Below, one piece after another: positions 25,775 to 38,720 of a stretch of DNA of 64,000 nt. The notes beneath the pieces are model-generated. The model searched no databases and was not told where the DNA came from. It saw only the letters and a list, made by a program, of their open reading frames with translations. The stretch lies in NCBI RefSeq assembly GCF_030028105.1, contig NC_092375.1, positions 164,857,415-164,921,414 on the forward strand, in the 5' to 3' direction. This DNA is from Mobula birostris. Lineage: Eukaryota. Numbering within the stretch: position 1 is the stretch's first letter; every line of letters begins with the position of its first letter. The translations under genes were made by a program, and so were the position numbers.

Positions 25775-27610
25775 GTAAAAGAGCTATAGAATAAGCAACA
25801 CAGAAGTAGGCCCTTTGGCTCGACTCATCCATATCCTGTTTGACCAACCCCTCTCAATTTTTCTTATCCATGTAGCTGTCCAAGAGTTTTAAATGTTGTT
25901 GCCTTAAGGCTGATTTATACTTGTGCGCACTACCTTACGCCGTAGCCTACGCAAGTTGGCTGTGCTGTTGTGACCATTTATACTTGTATGTTGGTGTGTC
26001 TGCGTCGCTCTGCAATTCACCACCAAAACGCTAGTTGGTGGTGGGGTTTCTAAGCCACTGTGTTGAGTTTCTTCATATTGAAACTCAACACGAAGAAACT
26101 CAAACTTCAAACAATGGCGACTGAAACTGAAGGAGGGTGAATTTTCTGTGCTTGTCCGGCCACTGAGAGACATGGACGAGGAAATGCGTTTCAAATATTT
26201 TCGGATGTCAGCAGGTAGATTTGATGATTTGGTGCATCGTCTCCAACCATTTATTTCGCATTAGCGTACGCACAGTATACTCAGAGACTGGCAATTACCA
26301 TTCGAGTTTTAGTTTCAGGTGGAAGTCAACAGGCTGTAGCAGCTAGCTACAAACTGGCGTCAAGCACAGGGTCCGCCTTAATTTCGGAGGTCTGTAAAGC
26401 TTTATGGAAAGCATTGCAGCCAGAGTTCCTTCCCTGTCCTTCAGTTGCCCAATGGGAAGCTATTGCAGCGTAGGAAGGAATGGGATGCTACCAAACGGAC
26501 CAATCACAGTTGTTGCAGTCTGCATCGCCGCAACGCATAGTTACATTTTTGAGGAGGTGCACGTCAGACTACCGCATAGGGTAGGGTGTAGGGTACGTGG
26601 CTATGCGGTACCTAGGACGTCAATTTGACGCACAAGAATAAATTGGCCTTTAGTCATTTCTTCTGGCAGTTCATTCTACATACACACTGCCCTCTGCGTG
26701 AAGAGGTTGCCCCTCAGGCTCTTTAAGAACTTTCCCCTCTCATTTTAAATCTATATCCTATGGTTTTTTTATTCACTTTTACTATGAAAAAGACTATGTA
26801 CATTCACTCTATCTATACCCGTCATAATTTTATATAGCTCTATAAGGTTACTGTTGAGTTTCCTACACTCTAGGGAATAAAGTCCTAGCCTGAAGATCTC
26901 TCCTTCTATTGTAAGTCAGGCCCTAAGGTATTGACAGCATTCTTCTTTGCAGTCTTTCCAGCTTAATGACATCATTCCTGTAACTGTACACAGTACTCCA
27001 GATAGAGCCTCACCAACGTTTTGTTTCAATTCCTGTCTCACGTGCCCTGACTGAGGAAGACTAACATGGAAAATGTCTTATTCACCACCCAGTATCCCTG
27101 TGACAAATGTATATGTACTCCTCAGTCCCTTTGTTCTCCAATACATACCAGAGTCCTAATGTTTATTATGAAAGTCCTACTCGAATTTCACTTCTCAAAA
27201 TATCTCATATTTAGTTACCTGGTTGATAACCTTTTTTGCTGACTACAGTACCACCCATTTAAAGTCATCTGCAAACTTACTGAACTTACTTACATTCTCA
27301 TCTAAATTGTTTATATGAATGACAAACAACAATAGATGCAACACCATTCATAGTGTTTAACACTAGTCACAGGCCTTTGGTTTAAAAAATTAATTTGTAT
27401 CATTGCCCCTGCCTCCTACCATCATGTCAATTATGTATCCACTTAGCTAACTCACCCAGGATTTCATGCGATCTAATCTTCCGTACTGATGTTCCAGATA
27501 GGACCTTGTCAACGGTCTTGCTTAAGTCCATATAGACAATATCAATCAACTCCCCTGTTCTCATCAATTCTCTAAGTTACCTCTTCAAAAATCTTAATAG
27601 ACTTTAATGA
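25775..27610 (-). mobile_element. Decayed CR1 3' fragment split by a Harbinger insertion
   Basis: atagaataagcaacacagaagtaggccctttgg tail; continuous CR1-like sequence on both sides of 25907-26649. Confidence 0.7.
25907..26649 (+). mobile_element. PIF/Harbinger internally deleted element with transposase N-terminal fragment
   Basis: TIRs aggctgatttatacttgtgcg / cgcacaagaataaattggcct; 3-bp TSD TTA at 25904-06 and 26650-52; broken translation [17 protein letters not shown] and [29 protein letters not shown]...[10 protein letters not shown]...WEAIA. Confidence 0.85.
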
Positions 27611-27690
27611 AGGAGTTTTGAAAACTTATTTTCCAGTGATATTTCTTTTTTGCTTGGTATCTTAACTTTTGTTCTTCCTTTTTTTCAAAG

Positions 27691-27969
27691 AACCTCCTTC
27701 TTTTAGCAAGAAGCTGGAACCTATGGAGACAGTGAAAGGAAATGATGTCAGTCTTGAATGTGGAATTGCTGGTTCAGGTCCATTTGATGCCACTTGGTAT
27801 AAAGACAATAAGCAGATTCAGTCAAGTATAAAATTCAAGCTGACAACTGGAAAATCTTTAACAAGTCTTTTTATTCAGAATGTTGATAATTCAGATGCTG
27901 GTGAATACCGGTGTGAAGTAACAAATGACGTGGGAAGTTGTTCTTGTGCTGCAGTGGTCAAATTAAAAG
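27691..27969 (+). CDS. TTN: Titin Ig exon, repeat 3 B
   Basis: 279 nt; EPPSFSKKLEPMETVKGNDVSLEC. Confidence 0.92.
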
Positions 27970-28115
27970 GTCAGTTACCAAATGCCACATTTTATCTCTT
28001 TTGATAATTTCAGTAATCCCATTCATTCTCACTTGGCTTTATGACTGTAGCATCACAAAGTTACTGAACGTCTGATTCTTATCTCTAATTGATACAATTC
28101 TTAACTCTAAACCAG

Positions 28116-28394
28116 AACCACCTTTCTTCATGAAAAGGATTGAAAATGTTACAACATTATCTGGAAATTCTGCCACTTTTAATAGCCAAATAGAAGGCTC
28201 ATCTCCCATATTTATCACATGGATGAAGGACAAAGAAGAAATCAGAGAAGATGACAATATTAATATATCTTTTGAGGACAGTATTGCTGTACTGCACATT
28301 GCTTCTGTTGAATCATATCACAGTGGAAAGTACGCCTGTCAGGCTAGGAATGATGCAGGAACTGAGAAGTGTTTTGCAACCTTGTCAGTAACAG
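28116..28394 (+). CDS. TTN: Titin Ig exon, repeat 3 C
   Basis: 279 nt; EPPFFMKRIENVTTLSGNSATFNS. Confidence 0.92.
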
Positions 28395-28501
28395 GTTGGT
28401 GTAATGCACTTGACCTTTGTGAATCTCAATAATTTGTTCATTAGTAAGAGGTAAAACATTTTTTAACTTCATCCATTGAGAAAATACGGTTTTCCTTTCA
28501 G

Positions 28502-28780
28502 AACCCGCACAAATCCTAGAGAAACCAGAGCCTTTAAGTGTAACTTCAGGAACAATGGCAATCTTGGAATGTGTTGTTGCTGGTACTCCAGAGCTAAAAG
28601 TTAGATGGTTCAAGAATCAAGAAGAATTGACATCTAGTAGGAAATATAAAGTGACATTTGTGAACAAAGTGGCAGCCCTAAAGATACAATCTGTTGATAA
28701 GGATGATAGTGGAGAATATGCTTTTGAAGTACAGAATGAGTTTGGACACAGCAGCTGCACAACTTCGTTGACAGTACTAG
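28502..28780 (+). CDS. TTN: Titin Ig exon, repeat 3 D
   Basis: 279 nt; EPAQILEKPEPLSVTSGTMAILEC. Confidence 0.92.
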
Positions 28781-29253
28781 GTTGGTTTTATTGTAATGTC
28801 TTAAATCCATTAATAGTACGTATTAGAACAGTAGCTAAAATGGTACAGTATAATTACAACATAGTTGGACTAAGAAGGTTATAATTTTGTGTTCTGAACT
28901 TGAAATTATGTATTCAACATATTGTCTTCTAAATATACGCAATTGGTTATGAACAGAATAATCAGTACCTTCATGATTGTGTCTCATCATCCAGTTGTTA
29001 TGGAGTGGAGTATGTATCTACTGCTGAATAGTCCATAGTATTATAATGAGGTACTAGTATATAATGCAATCAGAATTTACATTGCATTATGTTATAGATC
29101 ATCTAATTTTGCCATAGAAATGGAAAGTGTCAGCACTTCCACCTCTTACATTTTAACTCCATTACCATCCAATTTCTATGAATGAGGATGAATAAAAATC
29201 TTATTCTTGATGTTTCCGCTGATAAGCTTTCTTTTTTGTTCCGTGTTGTATAG

Positions 29254-29541
29254 ATCGAATAATTGCTCCAACTTTTACTAAAAGTTTAAAGAAAATGGAT
29301 AATATATTAGGAGCTTTGATGCACATGGAGTGCAAAGTATCTGGTTCACTTCCAATCAGCATTTCTTGGTATAAAGATAACACAGAAATAATGGCTGATC
29401 ACAAATACAAAATGTCTTTTGAAGAAAATACAGCATTTTTGGAGATTAACGAAATTAAAATCACAGATGGTGGAAACTACTCTTGCAAAGCAACAAATGC
29501 TGCTGGAAGTAGTAAATGCAGTGGATCTCTAACTATAAAAG
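29254..29541 (+). CDS. TTN: Titin Ig exon, repeat 3 E
   Basis: 288 nt; DRIIAPTFTKSLKKMDN. Confidence 0.92.
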
Positions 29542-29980
29542 GTTTGAAGATATACTTATCTTAATCCACTTTTGTTTAAAGACGCATCAAATACTGATTT
29601 TTCTGGTTAAAAGGGTGCTAGCTAATAGCAGAAGTTCCAGAATCTGTTTAAGTACTGGTAAGTTCAAATGTTATGTTCATTCTGCCTCTCGACTTCATAT
29701 GAAGTTGGACTGAACACGAGATTTGAACTCCATTGATTTCAAATGGTTTTGTAAGGCTTTGGATTAGAAGGCAAATTGGCCTTGATTAAACTTGCCTATT
29801 TAATTTTAACTGAACATTGTTAATTTATTGCCTAAATCTTTTAATTGCAATATATTTTAAACTTAATTGTTTTAATAGCTTAAAGTTATTAAAATCATCC
29901 TCACAGCTTTTACAGCTGGCTGAGTTGCAGACTGGGCTTTGCTGCCTGTTGAAGCATAACTGTCATCTATCATTCCAGAC

Positions 29981-30060
29981 CAGGGGTTCCCAACTTTTTT
30001 TTATGCCATGGAGCCCTACCATTAACCGAGGGGCCACAGACCTCAGGTTGGGTATCCCTG
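29981..30060. mobile_element. 80-bp hAT (Charlie-like) MITE
   Basis: TIRs caggggttcccaac / gttgggtatccctg; imperfect 8-bp TSD ttccagac / ttctagat (NTCTAGAN type). Confidence 0.7.
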
Positions 30061-30317
30061 TTCTAGATCATGCCAGTGGATACGTATGGAAACTTAGGTG
30101 TGGGGGTCCATATCAGGAAAATTTCACCCAATATTATATTTTTCTTAACTTTCTGTAACAATGTAGATAAATTATATATACTTAAACTTCCTAAAGTATT
30201 TTGAAGTCATCTATTTCAATGACAGAGTGCTGGAGTAGTATAAATAATTATAGAAGTTTTAGTATTTTTACTTCTGAAAATACTAAAAAAACATTATTTT
30301 TCTCAAATGAATTTTAG

Positions 30318-30596
30318 AACCGCCAAGCTTTATAGAAAAACCGATGTCCCAAGAGATTGTACTTGGTTCTACACTACAGTTTAAAAGCATTGTGAAAGGA
30401 ACTCCTCCATTATTTATCAAGTGGATTAAGGATAATAAGGAGCTGAAACCTGCCCCAAGATGTTCCATTTGGAATGAAGAAACAACATACTTCCTCGAGC
30501 TAATTTCAACCAAAGCTTCTGATGCTGGTGTTTACAGCTGTCAACTCACTAATGAAGCTGGTTCAGTCATTAGTACTGCAAATGTATTCATTAAAG
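30318..30596 (+). CDS. TTN: Titin Ig exon, repeat 3 F
   Basis: 279 nt; EPPSFIEKPMSQEIVLGSTLQFKS. Confidence 0.92.
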
Positions 30597-30798
30597 GTTT
30601 GTGTTTATTGTTAATCTTAATTGTAATTTAATGTTGTGTGTCATTTTTGACACTGTGATATACTCTTGCATTCTTAAACTCGCAGAAGAGTGACTCTTAC
30701 CGAAAGGTTATTATTTCTTCTCTTTTCTTAACCTTATTTACTATGCCAAATTTGTCTAATTTTAACTATATTTAAGTTTCCTACATTTCATTTCTCAG

Positions 30799-31080
30799 AA
30801 CCTCCAAACTTTGTTACAACGCCACCTTCGTCAACATTTCTGAAACAAGGAGAATTTGCACGTTTTGAGTGCAAAATTACTGGTACACCTGAAATCACAG
30901 TAACATGGTATAGAAATAACCAGGAAATTAGAACCAGTGACAAGTATAGGATGTCATTTCAAAACTCATTGGCTGTCCTTGATATTGCTGATGTAAGAGT
31001 GGAAGACAGTGGGGATTATTCTTGCGAAGCCCAGAATGATGCTGGCATTAACAGCTGCAACTTTATGATTCAGGTTAAAG
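30799..31080 (+). CDS. TTN: Titin Ig exon, repeat 4 A (absent from ORF track)
   Basis: 282 nt, open frame translated by hand; EPPNFVTTPPSSTFLKQGEFARFEC...FMIQVK. Confidence 0.92.
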
Positions 31081-31169
31081 GTGTGTAAGTAAACAGTACT
31101 TTAAGGGGAGATTGAAAACTTTGGCATATGACTGTTTTCTAAGCCACATTGTTATGTTTTACTTTTTAG

Positions 31170-31448
31170 AACCTCCCTCATTTACAAAGAAACTTGAATC
31201 TATTGAGATAATTAAAGCTAGCAATGTTACTCTTGAATGTGAGATGACTGGTACAGCTCCATTTGAAGTTTCGTGGTATAAGGGCAATAAACAAATTCGT
31301 CGCAGCAAAAAGTACAAAATGATCTCAGACAATTTGTTAGCCAGTCTTTACATTGTAACACCTGATATTACGGATATTGGCGAATACAAGTGTACTGTAA
31401 AAAATGATGTGGGAAGTTGCTCATGCAGTTCTACAGTCAGGTTGAAAG
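31170..31448 (+). CDS. TTN: Titin Ig exon, repeat 4 B
   Basis: 279 nt; EPPSFTKKLESIEIIKASNVTLECE. Confidence 0.92.
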
Positions 31449-31610
31449 GTCAGTTAATGTGTTTCTGGGAGCATATTTGGCTTCTGCAATTTGAAACAAT
31501 GTTCAGTTATTTATGGAAAAAAAACTACCTTTTAGATTAAAGCATTTCTACACAATAATGAAAAGCTAAAATTAAAACTCATTTTTGTATAACTATTTGT
31601 TTTAAATTAG

Positions 31611-31889
31611 AACCCCCAAGATTTATAAAGAAGATTGAAAATATGACCATATTGTCAGGTAATTCAGTTGTATTCCAATGTCAAGTAAAAGGCTCAAAGC
31701 CTATTTGCGTAACTTGGATGAAAGATAGAAGTGAACTCCAAGAAGATGGTAATATTGCTTTGTCTTTTGAGAATAATATTGCTACTCTTCAAATAAATGC
31801 TGTTGGAGAAAATCATGCTGGGAAGTATACGTGCCAGGTCCAGAATGATGCAGGAACTGAGCAGTGTTTTGCCACTTTGTTGGTAGCAG
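31611..31889 (+). CDS. TTN: Titin Ig exon, repeat 4 C
   Basis: 279 nt; EPPRFIKKIENMTILSGNSVVFQC. Confidence 0.92.
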
Positions 31890-32009
31890 GTTAGTGAATT
31901 GTTTGGCCACCATTTTAATTAACAGTGGATTCAGATTTTTTTTAACCATGAATCAACTGAAATGAATTAATGCAAGTCATGTATTGAAGAGATTTCTTTT
32001 CCCTCATAG

Positions 32010-32288
32010 AACCGGCAAAAATCACAGAACAAGCACAGTCACTCAGAGTGACAGCAGGAAATGCAGCAAACCTGGAATGTACTGTCACTGGTACACCAGA
32101 ACTAACAGTTAAGTGTTTTAAGGATGGTAATGAAATGGTGTCCAGTAGAAAACACAGGATCAGCATTGAGCATAATGTGGTCAGCCTAAAGATTCCTTCT
32201 GTTTCTAATGAAGACACTGGGGAATATACTTTTGAAGTCAAGAATCAGTTTGGAACCAGCAGCTGTAAAGCTTCGTTGACAGTATTAG
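32010..32288 (+). CDS. TTN: Titin Ig exon, repeat 4 D (core Trp replaced by Cys)
   Basis: 279 nt; EPAKITEQAQSLRVTAGNAANLEC...LTVKCFKDG. Confidence 0.92.
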
Positions 32289-32764
32289 GTTGGTGTTTTG
32301 CTTGCAATTTGAATTTGATTATGAAATTATGTTCACATTAATCATCAGCAAATATAAAAGCTGTAGGCATTTTTGCATATGCAATAGGATTAAGATTTTT
32401 GCCAAATTTAGTGTGCTGGCTAGGTTTTGTCTCTCTCCAGGCAGCAAGGCTATTGTACCTGGTATTCTCAGATGGTTTTCATTCAATCATTGATTAATCC
32501 TGAGCTTCTTAACTGGGTACTCCCAGGCAATACACGAGGATGCTCCAGATTCCAGCATCTGCGCTCTCTCTTGTTTTCATAATGATGCTGGTATATTATT
32601 TCCCATATAATATCCCAATTCTGCAGGGAAATACTGGTGATTCCTTTTATAATTGCCAACCTTTTTAATGTATAATTATCAGTAACTTAGTGATTTCCAC
32701 GCAAGTCTTCATGTTGTGGGTTAACAATGCAGCCAAATTTTATAGTGTTGAACATTTGTGCTAC

Positions 32765-33675
32765 GTGCCCAGAGACAGGGAGAATGTGTCTCCATTCAGG
32801 AAGGGAAACATGAATAATAATGGAAATTTTAGACTGGTGAGTCTCATGTCAGTGGTGGGGCAGTTACTGGAGAGGATTCTTAGAGATAGGACTTATGAAT
32901 AATTAGAAAACTATGGCCTAGTAAGGAACAGTCAACATGTTTGTATGCAGGAAAACATGTCTTACTAACCTAATTTTTTTAAAGAGGCAATGAAGGTGAT
33001 TGATGAAAGCAGAACTTTGAATGTTGTCTGCATGGATTTCAGAAAGGTGTTTGACAGTATTTTATATGTATATATTAATAAAAATCTGGATGAAAATATA
33101 GATGGATGAGTTAGTGAGGTTTCAGGTTAATGAAGATTGGTGGTGTTATGGATAGTGTAAAAGAACAACAAAGGATAGAATGAGATATAACCCAGTTGCG
33201 GATGTGGGTGGATAAATGGCAGGTGGACTTTAACCCAGCTGTGGTATTAACTATGGTATTGCACCTTAAGAGATCAAGTGTAAAGTGACAGTACACTGTC
33301 AATGGCAAGACCTTTAACAGTGTTGATAAGTAGAGAGATCTTGGGGTTCAAAGTTATAGCTCTCTGAAAGAGGCTGCACAGGTTGATATGGTGATAAAGA
33401 AGGCATTTGGTATGCTTGCAGGGCAAATAATTTACACACTAACTGGTGGGTGCCCAGGATACTCTGCCTGGGTGGTGGTGGAGGCAAATGCAATAAAAGT
33501 ATTCAGGAGGTTCTTAGATAGACACATGAATGTACAGGAAATGGAAGGATATGGACATTGTGTAGGTAAAAGGGATTAATTTAGTCATGTGTTTGATTAC
33601 TAATTTAATTCATTTGGCACATCATTGTGTCTGAGGGGCCACATTTTGTGTTGTACTCTTCTACATTCTCTATTT
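32765..33675 (+). mobile_element. Degenerate, internally deleted CR1 fragment (sense to titin)
   Basis: Remnants FRKGNMNNNGNFRLVSLMSVVGQLLERILRDR and VIKKAFGML...; CR1-type 3' tail. Confidence 0.75.
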
Positions 33676-33933
33676 TTTGTTCTATAAATTCATTGGAATA
33701 AAAAGGTCTTGTCAAAGACTAAAGTCAGTAAAGATTGTTTAAATTTATTAATTTTGAGTATATTAGGCATTTAAACTTTTAAAGCTTTTTAAACATTTAA
33801 AATATTTAATAGTTTAAAAGTTTGAAATGCTTTTTAATAACTTTTGAGTATATCTGATTCTATATGTCTCAGAATCATTCAGAAGATTTCAGTGTCCAAT
33901 AGCAGAAGGCACTTGCTAAGCCATTTCACCAAC

Positions 33934-34094
33934 AGGAGAAAATCTGCAGATGCTGGAGATCCAAAGCGACACACACAAAATGCTGGAGAAACTCAGCAGG
34001 CCAGGCAGTATCTGTGGAAAAGAGTAAATAGTCTCTTTTACAGATGCTGCCTGGCTTGCTGAGTTCCACCAGCATTTTGTGTCTGTTGCTTTGG
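33934..34094. repeat. Head-to-head inverted Penelope-tail remnant forming a long hairpin
   Basis: 33961-34020 ccaaagcgacacacacaaaatgctggagaaactcagcaggccaggcagtatctgt pairs with the reverse complement at 34040-34094; inner aaaagag/ctctttt also pair. Confidence 0.85.
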
Positions 34095-34505
34095 TAAGCA
34101 AAGTATATGGCATAGGCATTTGTCAATTTTTTTGGGTATTTTCAGTGGATCAGGGTGTTTTGTCCCATTGTCGCATGTGATACCATTATATCACTATAGC
34201 CTTGCTGTCATGAAGAATGTTGCTACGATGGAATCAGCTAATACTTTGTGAGAGAGCTGCATTAGAATGTGACATATTAGTTATCGATAAGGATGGTCAT
34301 TGATGATTGAAAAATCTATGTTCCATAACTGTGGAAGAATGCACAGCAGCTTTATTAGGACTTTTTGGTATATTTCTGAATATTCACTAAAAGTACAACC
34401 TAATGAACACAATTTTTTGTTGGGAACAAAAAGCACAATGAATTTTATTCATTTAAAGCATTTGCTGTTTGAATTGATCAGCTATGCTTTTGGTATCTTG
34501 GACAG

Positions 34506-34793
34506 ATCAACTAATTCCCCCAGTGTTTACACGGAAATTACGGAAAATGGACAGTGTTTTAGGATCATCTGTACAAATGGAATGCAAAGTTTCTGGTTCT
34601 CTTCCAATGAGCTTCTCATGGTATAAGGATGGCATTTTAATAATGACTAGTGAAAAATATAAAATATTATCTCAAGATAACACAACAACTTTGGAAGTTA
34701 ATCAACTAGAGCTTTCAGATCGTGGAATTTACGTTTGCAAAGCAGCCAATTCAGTGGGAAGTGATGAATGCAGTGGTTTCTTAAATGTAACAG
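34506..34793 (+). CDS. TTN: Titin Ig exon, repeat 4 E
   Basis: 288 nt; DQLIPPVFTRKLRKMDSVLG. Confidence 0.92.
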
Positions 34794-35037
34794 GTTTGAA
34801 AGTTGAATTTGCTTTCAATTCAATTTATATCTTTATTGTATTTATTCACTTCTTTAATTTTTTTATTTTTGCCTCTTACTCAATAGAAAAGTAATATACC
34901 TACATGCTTCAAATTTGATTGGAATTTATTGTAATTTCTTATTTCAATTTGAGCTCTTGTAATTCTTGACATACAGTACAACGCGGTGTAAATGATGTAC
35001 TGTTGGAATTCAATGTTTTTTTTCACCTGACTTTCAG

Positions 35038-35316
35038 AGCCTCCAAGTTTTATAGAAAAACCATTGGCCCAGGAAAGCTTACCTGGCTCAACGGTGCAGT
35101 TTAGAAGTGTTGTGAAAGGATCTGCTCCACTAACTATAAAATGGCTGAAGGATGGCAGGGAACTGATGTCTGGAGCTGATTATTTCATTTTAAGTGAAAG
35201 CTCAACAAGTTTACTTGAGCTGTTTTCAGCCAAAGTTTCTGATTCTGGTGACTACATTTGTGAAGTGAGCAACAAAGTGGGCAGTGCCTCTTGTGCGGCA
35301 AGACTCTTTATAAAAG
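35038..35316 (+). CDS. TTN: Titin Ig exon, repeat 4 F
   Basis: 279 nt; EPPSFIEKPLAQESLPGSTVQFRS. Confidence 0.92.
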
Positions 35317-35567
35317 GTGTGCAATATGTTTGTATTCGTTTAATTGTTGTGGGATGGTTTTAAAAGTACAATCTATTTACATAGTGTGTAGGAGCCTTTC
35401 CTTGATCTGCTACATAATTTTCTCTTTGATATTTTTAATGTTAGTTTTGTGTGAAGTGTTGTCTTTCTTTGTTCATCTTAATGTTTCATGTATCTCATTC
35501 TTTGTGCTGAATAGAATTGTTTGGGACTTTTGTATGTCTAGCTAAACTAACAATGTTATTTCCACAG

Positions 35568-35849
35568 AGCCTCCATATTTTATTATGAGGTTAGAACCAA
35601 CAGCAATTTTCAGAAAAGGAGAGACAGCAAGTTTTGAGTGTAAAATAACCGGCACACCAGAAATTAAAGTAACTTGGTTCAAGAATCATCATGAAATCTG
35701 TGCCAGCGAAAAATATAAAATATCATTTATTGATTCTGTGGCATTCTTGGAGATTACTGATGTAAGCTTGGATGACAGTGGTAATTATACCTGTGAAGTC
35801 CAAAATGAAGCTGGCACTGAAACTTGTGACATGACAGTTACAGTTAAAG
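35568..35849 (+). CDS. TTN: Titin Ig exon, repeat 5 A
   Basis: 282 nt; EPPYFIMRLEPTAIFRKGETASFEC. Confidence 0.92.
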
Positions 35850-36196
35850 GTGTGCATAAACTCTCTATTACATTTAATCATTAGTCCATCAGCTTTGTGA
35901 GTCATGTTGCAACCTATATTTAATTAAGGATTAATGAGGTCCCTATCATAAGAAGCTGATTCTTCTACATTTTGAATTGGCCAATACATTTACCATTTGA
36001 TTGCCACGTGAATTTTGATTTTACTAGTCCGTAAAATAAAATATAAATATTTTTCAGTGATTATCAATGGAACGCTGCTAAAGCAGACCAGATTTTTCTG
36101 TTGGAGGCTTGGCATATTTTAAGAGCTATGGATATCACATCCAAGAACCTTGAGGCCTGATGAGGTCACAAATTCTCTTTCTTCATCTGATCCCTT

Positions 36197-36765
36197 AAGA
36201 CATAGGAGCAGAATTAGGCTATTTAATTTAGGCTATGGGTATGACCATGGCTGATTTATCTTCTCTCTCAACCCCATTCTCCTGACTTCTCCCAATAACT
36301 TTTGATATTCTTACTAATCAAGAACCTATCAACTTCCACTTTAAATATACCTGATGACATGGCCATTGGTGACAATGAATTCTGCAGATTTACCACCCAC
36401 CGGCTAAAGACATTTCTCTTCATCTCTGATCTAAAGGGATGTCCTTGAATTCTGAGGTTGTGCCCTCTGATGATACACTTTTCTACTATTGGAAACATCC
36501 TTTCCACATCCACTCTATCTAGTCCGTTCAATATTTAGTTACTGTCAATGAGATACCCCCTTGTTCTACTAAACTCCAATGAGTGCAGGCCCAGAGGCAT
36601 CAAATGCTTCTTATATGTTAACCCCTTCATGCCCAGGATTATTCTTACAAACCTCCTCTTGACCCTCTCCAGTGTCAGCATATCCTTTCTTAGATATGGG
36701 GCCCAAAACTTCTCACAATACTTGAAATGTGGTCTGACCAATGCCTTATAAATTCCAGTATGAGC
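36197..36765 (-). mobile_element. CR1 3' fragment
   Basis: Minus-strand remnants YKALVRPHFKYCEKFWAPYLRKD and RVDVERMFP...RGHNLRI. Confidence 0.85.
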
Positions 36766-37420
36766 CATAGAGCCATAACAAACAAAACAGGCCCTTCAGC
36801 CAAGCATCAAGCATGTATCTCTACTAGTCCCATTTAAATGTAGTTGATCCTTAGCTTTCTTGTTACTTATCATAGTATGAGTATACAGTATATCTTTATC
36901 ATCCAGTTAGTTCGTGTGTTCCATATTCCATCCACTCTCTGGATGAAAAGGTTTTTTCTCAGATCTTCTCTAAAAGTCTTATTCCTTTTCCTAAACCTAT
37001 TCCTCTGATACCTCTGTATGTGAAATACTTCCTTCTATCTATCACTATCAATGCCCATCATAATTTTGTACATCTTTATCAGGATCCACTTCTCAGCTTA
37101 TGCTATAAGGAAAGCAAGACCCTTTATGATCCAGCCTTTCCTGTGAATGGAAATACTCCATCCTCTTATATTTATTTTATAGTCCTATCACGTTATATAA
37201 TATACCTCCATGCTCTTTTATTACATGCCTCAGCTACTGAAAATAAACATTCCATTTGCCTTCTTCACTGACTTATCCACATGTTTGGGTCCTTATACTT
37301 GTACATTGTCATCTCTCTAGTTTCCATACTCCTTCCCTACCTATCACTGAGTGGGTCCTGCCCTTATTTGTCTTCCCATAATGTGTCACCTTGCACTTAA
37401 CAGGATTAAATTGTGGAATT
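36766..37420 (-). mobile_element. Older CR1 3' fragment
   Basis: acaaacaaaacaggcccttcagcc tail and decayed RT C-terminal sequence. Confidence 0.55.
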
Positions 37421-37620
37421 TATCTGTGGGCATTTGCAGTGGGCATGTTGCTAGGTGGATCTTTAAACTGCTGTTTGAGTCGTTTATGCATCTTAGTGTG
37501 CCATTTCCAATCAATATAGTAACTATTTTTTCTGAGAGTGGATTTTTATGAGAGTCATTGTGCAAACTTGAATTTCGTCATCTGTGATTCATAAATCATG
37601 ATATCATGTTTACTCTTCAG

Positions 37621-37899
37621 AACCTCCCATATTCACAAAGGAACTCGAACCTGTTGAGGTAGTTAAAGCCAATGATGTTACTCTTGAATGTGAGGTGGCT
37701 GGAACTGCTCCCTTTGAAGTTATGTGGTATAAGGATGATAAACAAATACGACGAAGTAAAAAATACAAAATGGTTTCTGACAAGTCTTTAGTCAGTCTTT
37801 GCATTCTAACATCTGATAGCTCAGATGTTGGTGAATACAAATGCATGGTAAAGAATGATGTGGGAAGTTGTTCCTGCAGTTCTACAGTCAATTTGAAAG
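37621..37899 (+). CDS. TTN: Titin Ig exon, repeat 5 B
   Basis: 279 nt; EPPIFTKELEPVEVVKANDVTLECE. Confidence 0.92.
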
Positions 37900-38044
37900 G
37901 TCAGTTAAATATTAATTTTAGTAAGTAACCTTACCTGGATCTTGTGTGTTATTTGATTCTTTATCATGAAATTATGTAATAATAAGCGTTTTAAAGCAGA
38001 ATATTTTTCATTATTAAGTGTATATTCTTTTTACTTCAAACTAG

Positions 38045-38323
38045 AACGACCAGTCTTCGTACAAACAATAGAAAATGCAACGGTATTTTCTGGAAATTCT
38101 GCCGTATTCCAATGTCTTGTAAGAGGCTCAGTTCCTATAATTACAAGCTGGAGAAAAGATGACAAACGTATCAAGGAGAATGAAAATATTAAGATTTCCT
38201 TTGAAAACAATACTGCCACATTACATATCATTAAGACTGAAGAACACCACAGTGGAAATTATATTTGTCAGGCAAAAAATGATGCTGGAACAGCAAAATG
38301 TTTCGCCACATTGGCTGTAATGG
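38045..38323 (+). CDS. TTN: Titin Ig exon, repeat 5 C
   Basis: 279 nt; ERPVFVQTIENATVFSGNSAVFQC. Confidence 0.92.
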
Positions 38324-38460
38324 GTTAGTAGGAAATTGTAAATAGAAATACAGTATTGCCCAGAAATTATTGATTTCAGATTCAGGCCATTTACTTTTCA
38401 TAGTAAAATTGTTGTTATTTTCTTAAAGAATTTTATGAATATTAAAGTAATATATGTAAT

Positions 38461-38720
38461 AAGACCATAGGATATAGGAGCACAATTAGGTCACATCGAG
38501 TGTGTTCTGCTATTTCATCATGGCCGATCCATTATTCCTCTCAGCTCCAATCTCCTGCTTCTCCCCGTATCCCTTCATGCCCTGACTAATCAAGAATCTA
38601 TCAACCTTCATAAAGACTTGGCTTCCACAGCTACCCGTGGCAACGAATTCCACAGATTCACCAGTCCCTGGCTAAAGAAGTTCCTTCTCATCTCAGTTCT
38701 AAAAGGATGCCCCTCTATTC
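38461..38720 (-). mobile_element. Short CR1 3' fragment
   Basis: accataggatataggagcacaattagg tail, similar to 36197-36480. Confidence 0.75.
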
